This document shows, piece by piece, positions 1 to 19,974 of a stretch of 64,000 bases of DNA (its first letter is position 1; every line of letters begins with the position of its first letter). This DNA comes from Eledone cirrhosa (taxonomy: Eukaryota). The stretch lies in the NCBI GenBank assembly GCA_964016885.1, contig OZ024743.1, forward strand, positions 338,954,001 through 339,018,000, written 5' to 3'. Below the pieces are notes generated by a model, which worked only from the letters and a program-made list of their open reading frames with translations, was not told where the DNA came from and did no database searches. The translations under genes were made by a program, and so were the position numbers.

Positions 1-28
1 CTTATTTTATTTTATTTTATTTACTTAT

Positions 29-3008
29 TTATACTTCTCTTAGGTCAGTGTTGTTTGTTTGGGTGTTGTTGTTGTTCCACTCATTCTTTCTGTTTAGCTT
101 TGGTCTTCTAATTTCTATTTCACTGGCCTCTCTGATTTGCCTATCTGCTGGGTCATTCCTATGTTTAGATATTATTCTAATTTCTATGTTGTCTATTTTA
201 CTGTCATGTTGTTGTCTAGCATGTTCGTATAGTACTGACCCGTTTTTTCGTCCTTTTAGTTCCCCGCAGTGTTGGTCTAACCTTTCACCTATGCTACGAG
301 CTGTTTCGCCTATGTATGTTGTTGTCATGTTTCTGCAAGTACCCTCTGTACATCTTATGCTATAGACTACGTTTCTAGTTTTACAGTTTATCCGGGGATT
401 CACCTTACATATGATATCTCTGGTTGTCGTACCATGATGTGGCCTTCCCTATCTTATGTCTAGCCCTATCTAAGCTATTCCATGATTTGCTCCTGTATAA
501 TGGGCAAATTTCTTTCATGTCCAGTTCTATGAGGGTCTTATACTTTTCCATGGCTCCTTCGTATACTCTGACTCTGTCTCTTTGGTTGTAGCCAGAGAAC
601 TGCATGCGGTTGATGAAGTGTTGGATGTGTCTTTCCATTTCTGTTGGGTCGCACATGCTGGACACATTCTTCATCACTCGTACCAAATCTGCGATCAGAA
701 TATTAAACTTAGGACTACTGGACATTGCTGAGTTTTTGAGTATCAGGTATTTGGAGGCCATGGGTTTAGCATAGTGTGAGTGGAGAATTTGGGCTCTCTC
801 GTCTATAGTGTTAATCCAGAGTTCTGCGTCTAATACAGGTAGTCTATTGTTAGGGTGTTTGGAAGGGAAGTCGATAGTTACAGTTATACTCTGGTGTATG
901 GAATTAGCTATCTGCTGGATGCTTTCCATCGTGCTACGTTCTAATTCAAACTTGTTAGTGCTCTCTAGTGGGGGTGTTCTTATAACTATATTGATATCGT
1001 CTACATAACGAGAGTACATGATGAGGTCTATGGAGCTTTCATTAAGGAGATCTTTAAGTCTCCTTTCCCACCATACCATGAAAAGGTTGGCAACATCACC
1101 AGCTATGCTGACGCCGATGGCTGCTCCCTCATTTTGGGTGTAGATTTTCTCATTGAACTTAAATATGTGGCCCTTTAGGGTAGTTTTGATACTAGCCCCT
1201 ATTGCATGTGCGACCATTTTTCTTACCTGATTGTTTTGGGGGGTCCGTATAGCTTTGGTCCACCCAATCCACCTTCCCATGGGAGTCTTTTTTGCCATTG
1301 AGGTTATGGTGGGGGGTCTACCTCTTATAGGTCTACTAGGGCAGAAACATCTAAGGTCATGGCTGTCTAGGTAGTCAGTGTCGTAGGTAAGTCTAAGTAG
1401 GAGGCCCAGTTCGTCTGTGTCGACGTCGCAGAACTCCACCTCACTCTCGATGATCATCTCCACACATCTTTTCACAGCAAAATCAATGTTAATGGATGGG
1501 TACAGTGACACCACATCCATGCTGCCTATTATGCAGTTGGATAGGCTCCTGTTTTTGTTGCACTCACTGATTCTGCTGAGGAGGTCCTCTGTACTTTCAC
1601 ATACATCTGGGGACATCTTGATTATGGGGCGTATAACCATCGAGAGGAAGTAGGAGATCCTGTAGTTGCTAGCTATATTAGCTCCGCATACGGGTCTTGT
1701 TGGTATTCCTGTTGTCGGGTCGTCAACTGTCTTGTGGTCTTTGCGGAGCCCATACAAGGGTGGTATGCCATTGTTAGACGCCTGGAAGTTGTTGGCAGTG
1801 CGTCTGCTTGGCTTTAGGATGTCAGTCCACATCATCATGTGAGCGTTGAGGATTCTTTCTCTCCCATCGTGTGTTTGTTGTGCAACTTCGCTCGTGTTGG
1901 TGATGTGGGGTTGCATAGCCTCGATGCAGTTCGGCATGCTATCTATTGACATCCTACCAGACTTATCTGTGGGTAGACACACTACCTCACCATCCCTTGT
2001 GCGCTGCTTGAGGCTAACCAAGCCTTCTACAGGTTTCCTCCCAAGTTGTTGGGCCTCTGGTCTGCTCTGTCTCTTAGTATACCTGTCAACTACTTGTCTA
2101 ATCTTATTTCTAGCTATGGTGAACTGTGCCTCTGTCTCGTCATCTATTTGCTGTGGTATGCAAACTCTTTTATTAAAGGGTAACCTCGTAGGATAGATAT
2201 TACCCATCTTATATGTTTTGTCAGCTGGGTCGAAAAATAGTTTCTCTAAGGGGTTGTCATTATATCTATCGTCATAGTTGTGTGTGTGTGTGTTGCTATT
2301 GTTGTTATCAGGGTGGTTGTTGTTTCTATCATTAGCATTATTATTATTGTTATGATTGCTAGATGTATTGTTGTTTACTTCACCGTTATTGTTGTTGTTG
2401 TTACTGTTATTTCTACCATTGTGGTTGTTACTATTATTATGTTTCTTGTTTTTGTTGATGTTGCTACATGTACTATTTCCATTATTACCACTGTGGTTAT
2501 TGTTGTTGTTGTTCGTATTGTTACCGTTATTACTACTGTGGTCGCTGTTGCTGTGTCTGTGGTTAATGTTTCTATTATTATTATTATTGTGGTTGTTGTT
2601 GTTCTGTCTATCGCTAGTATTACTACCATTATCACTATTTCTCATTTTCCTGCCATTGTTATGGTTATGGCTGTTATTTCTATACCCAGAGTTATTGTTT
2701 ATATTACTACTACCGTTATTATTGTTGTTGTTGTTTACCTTTGCATTCCAACGTATTTTTGTGAAACACTTTTCCAGCTCTGTTTTGCACTCCATAGGGT
2801 TAATCTTTTTGTAGATGGCAAATTTTGGTGGTAACCGTAGGATTTGTTGTTCTTGTTCACTGATTAAAGTGTTCCCATAGATATTTACTGTGTGGTCATT
2901 GGTAAATTCTTCCAGTAGTTTTACATCAGTCATACGGATATTGTCGATGTTATCTGGGTATTTTTGAGAATATTCGGTTTTCCTTTCTTGTAGTTTTTTC
3001 TTATTCAT
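29..3008 (-). mobile_element. Penelope-like retroelement: RT ORF (405-3008) plus GIY-YIG endonuclease (29-403) in another frame
   Basis: RT motifs PPLYGLRKDHK, PTRPVCGA, SMDVVSLYPSI, YTQNEGAAIG, YSRYVDDI, LPVLD, HYAKPMAS. GIY-YIG: NVVYSIRC...YIGETARSIGERLDQH...REASEI...LN. A frame break near 404-410 suggests the linker is deleted. Confidence 0.93.
2275..2740 (-). repeat. In-frame (AAC/AAT)n-derived Asn-rich coding tract in the PLE ORF
   Basis: ttg/tta/gtt-rich on the + strand; translates as roughly 150 aa of N-rich sequence without a stop. Confidence 0.9.
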
Positions 3009-3420
3009 CCATTCTAATTCCTTCTTGAAATGCCTATTGCATTCGTTTTGAAATTAAATATATAGACAGACTGAATAAAAAAATGGCGTAGACATACAAC
3101 ACAACAGGAGGAAAAAATATAACACCACTGACGATGTTGCAGATGTGCAACGAAAGATTTATGTAAATTATGTAAACTATATATGTGTTTGTGTCTATAT
3201 TGTATCTGTATTATTTTTGACCGTCGGTCAGTCAATGGCAACATTGAGGACCGATTAAGTTAGATCGCAGATATAAAAGACAGCGAGAAGCGAAAACCAA
3301 CCAAACAGTGAGTGTGTTCTGTTATTAATTCTGACAATATTACACAAATATGACCCTCCCCAAGTATAACAATATTTGTTTCGACACACGATTTCATATA
3401 AAAAAAACCTCGCTAAACTA

Positions 3421-3464
<44 letters not shown>

Positions 3465-3582
3465 ATATGTATATATATATGGATGTATATATAATGTATT
3501 TTGCAATACACTTTATGCTTAATTAAAAGCATTTTGAAGACCGTATGCTATTGTTTTAGAGTAGTGACAAATTCACTTACTT

Positions 3583-3679
3583 TAATCTCAGCAAACAGGG
3601 GAGATAAGCCGACAAGGGCCTTGTTTCGCTTTTGTTGAAGCTTATCAAGGCTAACTACCCCTCCTGTCTACTGAGATTA
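3583..3679 (-). ncRNA. Type I hammerhead ribozyme, U3-A8 core variant, upstream of the PLE ORF
   Basis: Minus strand: agcc-UUGAUAA-gcuu caacaa aagc-GAAA-caag gcc cuug-UC^ggcu. Stem I is extended by taatctcag/ctgagatta. Predicted GUC cleavage at 3611/3610. Confidence 0.8.
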
Positions 3680-3749
3680 CTGATGTTATATTCTTATAGA
3701 ATTCTAGTAAATAATCAGGAGCTGATTATACAGAGCGATTGTTGGTCAG

Positions 3750-3800
3750 GTATATATATATATGTGTATATATATATATATATATATGTGTATATATATA

Positions 3801-3863
<63 letters not shown>

Positions 3864-3920
3864 GTGTATATATATGTATATATATATATATATATGTGTA
3901 TATATATGTATATATATATA

Positions 3921-3951
<31 letters not shown>

Positions 3952-3970
3952 GTGTATATATATATATATA

Positions 3971-4001
<31 letters not shown>

Positions 4002-4019
4002 GTGTGTATATATATATAT

Positions 4020-4062
<43 letters not shown>

Positions 4063-4070
4063 CATATATA

Positions 4071-4111
<41 letters not shown>

Positions 4112-4190
4112 ATATATATATATATGTGTATATATATATATATGTGTATATATATATATATGTGTATATATATATATGTGTATATATATA

Positions 4191-4223
<33 letters not shown>

Positions 4224-4498
4224 GTGTATATATATATATATATGTATATATATATGTATATATATATATATATGTGTATATATATGTATATATATATATA
4301 TATGTGTATATATATGTATATATATATATATGTGTATATATATATGTATATATATATATATGTGTATATATATATGTGTATATATATATATGTGTATATA
4401 TATATATGTGTATATATATGTATATATATATATATGTGTATATATATGTATATATATATATATGTGTATATATATATGTGTATATATATATATATGTG

Positions 4499-4534
<36 letters not shown>

Positions 4535-4536
4535 TA
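3750..4536. repeat. Interrupted (TA)n microsatellite
   Basis: Direct reading; TG interruptions. Confidence 0.98.
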
Positions 4537-5426
4537 CTTTTTATCATCGTAGTGGACTATTGTATGCGCCTTGCACTGGAGAAACGCCAGGACTCTGGCT
4601 TTACTGTGGCACCGGCTCAGAGCAGGAGAGTTAGGGCGAAAAAGGTATCGGATGCTGAATTTGCCGACGACATAGTTTTGGTGACAAATACAGTGAAGGA
4701 GGCAGAGGATTTGATGCGGGAGGTTGAGACTGTGTCGATGAATGTGGGGCTGAGAATGAATGAGACTAAAACAAAATATCTGGTAGAGAATGTTGAGAAG
4801 CCAGAGGGGATCACTAATGTAAGCGGGAAGACGCTAGAATTGGTTGAGGGCTTCCTGTATTTGGGAGCAAAGATTGGGAATACGGAAGATGATGTGGTTG
4901 AGAGGAAGAGTAAGGCCTGGGCGGCGTGCCACAGCTTGAGATTAGTGTGGAAGTCGGACCTTCGTAGAGACCTGAAAATCCGCCTCTTCATTGCTGTAGT
5001 GGAGTCTGTGCTGCTGTATGGGTCTGAGACTTGGACACTGACCAAGAAACTCACTCAGATGGTGGATGGGTGCTACACGAGAATGCTGAGGATGGCTCTG
5101 AACATTAATCAGTATACACTGAGGATGAAAAACTCAGAGCTGTATGGGAGCATCCCAAAAGTCAGCTTAAAAGTGACACAGAGGAGACTGAGGTTAGCTG
5201 GACATGCTCACCGACATCCAGAGTTGACATTGCACTCAGTGCTCCTTTGGGAGCCCCTACATGGACACACTAGAAGAGGAAGACCAAGGTTAACGTATGT
5301 TGATGCCCTAAGGACAGACACTGGTCTATTGGAGACGCAGGACATGGCAGCGATAATGAGGGACAGAGACCGCTGGAGAGAACTCGTCCATGGATCTCGG
5401 GAATTTTACCCGCCTTAGAATAGAAT
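4537..5426 (+). mobile_element. 5'-truncated RTE-like LINE (family D, no PHD insert), C-terminal part of RT
   Basis: LFIIVVDY...FADDIVL...FLYLG...[11 protein letters not shown]...RRLRLAGH...RGRPR. Stop at 5418, short TAGAA tail, (TA)n on both sides. Confidence 0.88.
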
Positions 5427-5477
5427 ATATATATGTGTGTATATATATATATATGTGTATATATATATGTTTATATA

Positions 5478-5557
<80 letters not shown>

Positions 5558-5574
5558 GTGTGTGTATATATATG

Positions 5575-5634
<60 letters not shown>

Positions 5635-5669
5635 ATATATATGTGTGTGTGTGTATATATATATATATA

Positions 5670-7559
5670 TAATGTAGGAGGTGAGTTTTATTGTAGTACA
5701 ATAAAGCAATGCAGATATCGGATAAGTAGCACTCTACAGTTTGTTGGACTGGAGTATAAATAATATAAGATCAAAAGAGGGTTAAAAGAGTTATTATGCG
5801 TATTTCAAAAACAAGTATTTTATTATGCGCATTTCAAAAACAAATATCATCATGAGTTGACATTTGCGTTTTTGTCAGATAAAATAGAGAGACATGATAT
5901 GAAGGTTAAAAAACATTTGTGAATAGTGCAGTTTTAAATCAACATATGAAAAGTAATTTAAGATTGATGTGTGATATTGGGAAAAAATGAGGGGTGGTGG
6001 TGGTGGAAAGGATGAAAAAGAGGAGGAGATGAGAGCAAAGAATGGTGGGGGGAGGAGTATAATAAGGAAGGATGAGATAGGAGGAGAGATGGGTGATAGA
6101 AAGAGAGAGATAGCCTTTATAACTGAGAAAAATATATTGTTTCACAGAGAGAGGTTAAAAAGCCGTTGGAAGATAATATATAATTTAAAAGAATTTGAAA
6201 ATTGATGAAGAGAAAAAAAAAAAATTAATGAAGAGAAAAAAAAATTAAGAGTAATGTTAAATTAGGGTTTGTATATTGAAGGGTTTAATAATATGTGCGA
6301 TGAAAAGAAATTGTTAATATGTATTATTAAAATAAAAATATTAATGTTATTAAGGATATAATGTGAAAAGAAGTAGAAGAGTGGATGAATTATGAATTTA
6401 GAGGAATTAGTTAGTGTTTAAGTTTGTTTTTATGTAATGTAATATGAATGCGTAATATATGTAAATAGTTTGTTTACAAATGAGCGCAGAAAGCAAAGAA
6501 GAAAATAGTGTTTAAGGAAGAGAAAACTCTAACATCAAAATATATATGTTTATGTTTACGAAGGATTTTTAAAGGTAATACTATAAAGTATTTAAAAGGT
6601 AATAAGTTTTATGGCCAATGATATGAAGGAAGAAGGAGGAGTGGATATATTGTGGTGAGTAATAATAAGAATTGAGAAGTATCTAGGAAGAAAAAGTACA
6701 GATTAGAGGTTAGAAATTAAAAGAAAAAAGGAAGAAAGGGAAGTGATAAATAGGAATGATATAGAATGAGTAACTAGTATTATATAATGTATAATAAATA
6801 ACATTGAAATAAGGTAGAAAGATGGGTATATTTTTAAAGAAATATATATATATGCCTTTGTGAAAAAGGATTTTAAACTGGTAAAGTATTAGATATTAGC
6901 TGTATACTTTATGGAATGTTCTGTGGAATGTATGCAAGCAGAGAGAAAATAAGTCAGTGCGTCTATTTATTATAGAATCTAAATTAGATATAATGGTAAA
7001 TTTCTCACATAAACAAAGATTACATGTTTTGGATAGAGAGGCATTCAAGTAGGGAGAGGCAGAACAAACTTTCCTCCAAGAGATGTTATAGTTAATATTT
7101 TTGTCTTTCAAGGACCATATGAGTTCTGAGAGTGCTGTGTTGGTTCTTTTAAGTTGGTATTTAAAAGAAGAATGGTGATTATAAAGACGGGCTTTAAAGG
7201 AGGTGGAAGTGGAGCCAAAATAGGTAAAGGAATTGGTGTCAGTTATAACTTTACATTCATAGATTAAGTTTTTTTCCAGACAATGGTTGTTGAGAGGACA
7301 TTTATTTTTAACAGGGCAATTACAATTGCGATTAGAGAAATTAAGAGTTATTAACAAGTGACCTAGTGTTATCTATAGGAGGAATTGGATTGGAGAAGTT
7401 ATTTACGATAGAAATAATAGTTTCCTGATTTAGATTGATATTAAGAACATTTAACGAAGTTACGTTTGACGTCGTATTTGGGTTTGCAGAAATTAGCCTA
7501 GAGTTAACAAATGACGTCGGGAGTACTACTGCTATTATTATGATATTCAGTGTTGGAAG
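5670..7559 (-). mobile_element. Naiad-like PLE 3' remnant: GIY-YIG (6896-7357) plus probable AT-rich trailer
   Basis: CNC...CPLNNHCLEKNLIYEC...YFGSTSTSFKARLYNH...TALS...CNLCLCEK...CLH. Trailer boundary uncertain. Confidence 0.8.
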
Positions 7560-8425
<866 letters not shown>

Positions 8426-8430
8426 CTCAT

Positions 8431-9190
8431 TCCCTCAGAATGAAAGGCAGACTGTATGATGCGTGTATCCGAACGGCAATGTTGCATGGTAGTGAGACCT
8501 GGGCGCTGAAGGTGGAAGACTTACGTAGATTAGAGAGAAACGAAGCCTGCATGCTCCGATGGATGTGTAACAGTAATATACGTGAACGACAAAGCATAAA
8601 TGAATTGAGAGAGAGACTGAGCATAAGAGGAATCAAATGCTGTGTGCAGGAGAGGCGGTTGCGCTGGTATGGACATGTGATGCGTATGAAGGATGACAGC
8701 TGCGTAAAAAGGTGCAGAGCACTAGAAGTTGATGGAAACCGCGGAGTGGGGAGACCCAAGATGACCTGGGATGAGGTGATAAAAGCCGACCTTACCCAAT
8801 TACACCTCTCAAAGACAATGACACACGACCGTGACTTCTGGCGTCACGCAGTAATACAGAGTACCCGACCTCCCATGGGTACAAGCTGAAGCATATAGAC
8901 AATATGCTCCCCCAACCCCCCACCGCAAGGTGGTCGTGGAGGTGCCACGGCAAAAAAGCACCCAGCCCACACTGTAAAGTGGACGTGTAGGCGCCACGAA
9001 AAAGCACCCAGCACTCATTGTAAATGAGGTTGGTGTTAGGAAGGGCATCCAGCTGTAGAAATCAAGCCAGATCAGTTCCTGTATGAGCAAGGCATGGTCA
9101 GCCGACCAGACACTGCTCACAACAGGACAACCCGTCTAACCCATGCTAGCGTGGAAGAACGGACGTAAAATGGTGATGATGATGATGATA
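8431..9190 (+). mobile_element. RTE LINE family A, 3' fragment with 3' UTR and (GAT)n tail
   Basis: [21 protein letters not shown]...STRPPMGTS*; matches the 22.3-23.0 kb and 55.3-56.0 kb copies. Confidence 0.95.
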
Positions 9191-9402
9191 TATACAGTAA
9201 AAAATCTTTACCTGGGTCCTGTATTTTCGTTGCTCTAGTGATGCGGTCGGACTGCCGACTGCTATATCTAATTTGCTAAGCTGTCTGAACATAATGTTAT
9301 ACTCTGGGGTCTTACCTCATATGAGTGCTAAAGCTACAAACCGAATAAGCATACATGCTAGCTTGGCCGTATACTAGAGCTTCGTCTATGCTGTACTAAA
9401 AT

Positions 9403-16281
<6,879 letters not shown>

Positions 16282-16304
16282 ATATATATATATATACATA
16301 CATA

Positions 16305-16617
<313 letters not shown>

Positions 16618-16621
16618 ATAT

Positions 16622-16652
<31 letters not shown>

Positions 16653-16677
16653 ATATATATATACATATATATATATA

Positions 16678-16734
<57 letters not shown>

Positions 16735-16772
16735 ATTATTATTATTATGTAATAAACAACATAAGGCAATTA

Positions 16773-16832
16773 TTCCATTTACCAGTGGTTTCTTAAAAGC
16801 AAAAGGTTTTGCTTTCAATCCTCAGAATGAAA
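16773..16832 (-). ncRNA. Type I hammerhead ribozyme (canonical core), inverted copy
   Basis: Reverse complement of 19431-19490. Confidence 0.85.
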
Positions 16833-17042
16833 AATCCTGGTTTGTTTATTGAATATGGATTCTAAAAACGAAAATGCAATCTATATGAAAGTGAGGCTGG
16901 AAAAGGGAGAAGGAAAGGAAAAATAAAATAAAATAAAACTACACATGCAAACACACACAAAAAAAACCCAAAAGCATACTTACACACACACACATATATA
17001 CACATATAATTTGCACGCATACACATATACACATACACATAC

Positions 17043-17085
<43 letters not shown>

Positions 17086-17842
17086 TACATACATACACAT
17101 ACATACACATATATATATATATATATACATATATACATACATACACATACATACACATATATATATATACATACATACACATACATACACATATATATAT
17201 ATATATACATACACATACATACACATACATACACATATATATATATATATATATACATATATACATACATACACATACATACACATATATATATATATAT
17301 ATACATATATACATACATACACATACATACACATATATATATATACATACATACACATACATACACATATATATATATAAAAGGGGCACAAAGAATTGTT
17401 CTTTGTGTACCACAGAAAAGTATAGGATTTTGCTAAACTTGAGAGACACTTCCGCTTGCCTTAACTCTAAGACTGAGATCTTCAGATGCTGTCCTCATCT
17501 GAAATCGCATCTGATCTGTAACTGGATTGACACTCCTACGATAAATCAACCGCCTTGAACTCCTTCTCTGCTCTTTACTTTTGCTACGGCTTTTATTTTG
17601 CTGCTTCTACCTTCTGTACTCTTGTATTTAAAAAATATTTTTTTCTCCCTTACCTCCCTTTATATTTTTACCTCCTCTAGGCCCCCCACCCCATATATTC
17701 TTTTTGTTTTGCCCTTCACATACCTATGTGTATGTGTATGTATTTTTGTGTGTATATATGTATATGTGTACGTATATGTTTGTGTATGTATATATATGTG
17801 TATGTATGTATGTGTGTATATGTGTGTATGTGTGTATATATG

Positions 17843-17878
<36 letters not shown>

Positions 17879-17944
17879 TATATATATATATGTATATATA
17901 TATATGTGTGTGTGCGTGTCTGTATGTGTGTATATATTTGTATA

Positions 17945-18003
17945 TTTCATTCTGAAGATTGAAGGAAACTTTTTTTGCTTTTAAGAAACCTCTGGTGAAT
18001 GGA
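17945..18003 (+). ncRNA. Diverged hammerhead copy (CUGAAGA core, GUG triplet), probably inactive
   Basis: uucauu-CUGAAGA-...-GAAA-ccucugg-UG-aaugga; homologous to 19431-19490. Confidence 0.65.
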
Positions 18004-18460
18004 TTAATTGCCTTGTATGGCTTTATTACTTTACTACTATATATACGTTTATGTAAGGTTCATTTGTCTTATCTAATACTGAGCTTTACACATACACACA
18101 TGTATATGTGTGTGTGTATGTGTATGCATGTGTGTATGTGTACGTGTACGTGTGTATATATATATATATATATATATATTTGTGTATATGTGTGTGTATA
18201 TATATATATGTGTGTGTATATATGTATGTATGTATATGTACGTGTATGTATGTATATGTTGCGTGTGTTTTTATTTATTTTTATGTATGTGTGGGTTTGT
18301 GTGTGGGTGTGTGTGTGTGTATATATGTGTGTGTGTTTGTATTTGGTTGTGCGTTCTTTTGATATATACGTATTTGCATGTGTATAATTGTTTAGCTATG
18401 TATGTATATGTGTGCTTACGTATTTATATGTGTGTGTGCGTTTATATTTTTATATTTTTG

Positions 18461-18503
<43 letters not shown>

Positions 18504-18899
18504 GTGTGTGTGTGTGTATATAATTACATATACATGTGTGTGTTTATATTGTATACGTGTACGTGTTTGCGTATGTATGTGTATGTACGTGTTTATGTAT
18601 TTGTATATGTATATTTATGTGTGAGAGTGTGTGTATGTGTTTACTATTTCGAACGTATGTATATGCGCTTATGTGTGTATTACTTACCACGCGTGTCTGT
18701 CCTGTTAGCTGGGGCATGTATCGCTGTCAAATATTTGTTAATATTATTTATATATTTTTTTCTTATATTTATTTGCGTGTGTTAATATGTAGTGGAGTGC
18801 ATTCATGTATGTGTATGTATGTACGTTGTATGTTTGTGTGAATGTATGTATATGTGTGTGTATATATATGTGTGTGTGTATGTGTAGGCTTGTACACAC

Positions 18900-18941
<42 letters not shown>

Positions 18942-18963
18942 ATATGTGTATATGTGTGTATAT

Positions 18964-19010
<47 letters not shown>

Positions 19011-19179
19011 GATATGTACATGTGTATGTATATGTATGTGTGTGTGTATATGTGTGTGTGTGTGTGCGTGTGTATGTATGAATATATGTATGTGTATATG
19101 TGTGTATATATATGTGTATGTGTGTGTAGGTGTACGCTCTTTTTATATATATATATGTGTATGTATGTGTATGTATGTA

Positions 19180-19220
<41 letters not shown>

Positions 19221-19430
19221 GTATGTGTATGTGTATATGTGTATGCGTGCAAATTATATGTGTATATATGTGTGTGTGTGTAAGTATGCTTTTGGGTTTT
19301 TTTTGTGTGTGTTTGCATGTGTAGTTTTATTTTATTTTATTTTTCCTTTCCTTCTCCCTTTTCCAGCCTCACTTTCATATAGATTGCATTTTCGTTTTTA
19401 GAATCCATATTCAATAAACAAACCAGGATT

Positions 19431-19490
19431 TTTCATTCTGAGGATTGAAAGCAAAACCTTTTGCTTTTAAGAAACCACTGGTAAATGGAA
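19431..19490 (+). ncRNA. Type I hammerhead ribozyme (canonical core)
   Basis: uuucauu-CUGAGGA-uugaaagcaaa accu uuugcuuuuaa-GAAA-cc acu gg-UA^aauggaa; predicted cleavage after 19483. Confidence 0.87.
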
Positions 19491-19598
19491 TAATTGCCTT
19501 ATGTTGTTTATTACATAATAATAATAATTAAGCTCTGTTGCTTACATAGAACACTCTTTTTTCCTGGACTTTTCCGATGGAATTACTTCATTCACACA

Positions 19599-19798
<200 letters not shown>

Positions 19799-19974
19799 TC
19801 ATAAAACATGTCTATAGAATCACCAGATAAAATATATACCATTTCCTCTCCCAATTAGCATAATTAACTATATAAAAAATCGAATATATATATATATATG
19901 TATATATATGTATATAACTCAGTATATATATATATGTATTAAACTCAGACTAGTAACTATGTATATATATATGT

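Larger units (their letters stand above)
16734..19597 (+). mobile_element. 5'-truncated Naiad-like PLE: inverted pseudo-LTR, GIY-YIG C-terminus, microsatellite-rich 3' region, pseudo-LTR and tail
   Basis: 17380-17558 reads [17 protein letters not shown]...[16 protein letters not shown], similar to 30170-30290. About 16734-17120 is an inverted copy of about 19145-19529. Unpaired tail at 19530-19597. Confidence 0.8.

Noticed and set aside
2280-2834. Hydrophobic Leu/Val-rich ORFs resembling membrane proteins
   Set aside because: They are the antisense of the Asn-rich PLE tract
5780-5860. Minus-strand hammerhead-like GAAAUGCGCAUA
   Set aside because: The core is mutated and no stem II can form
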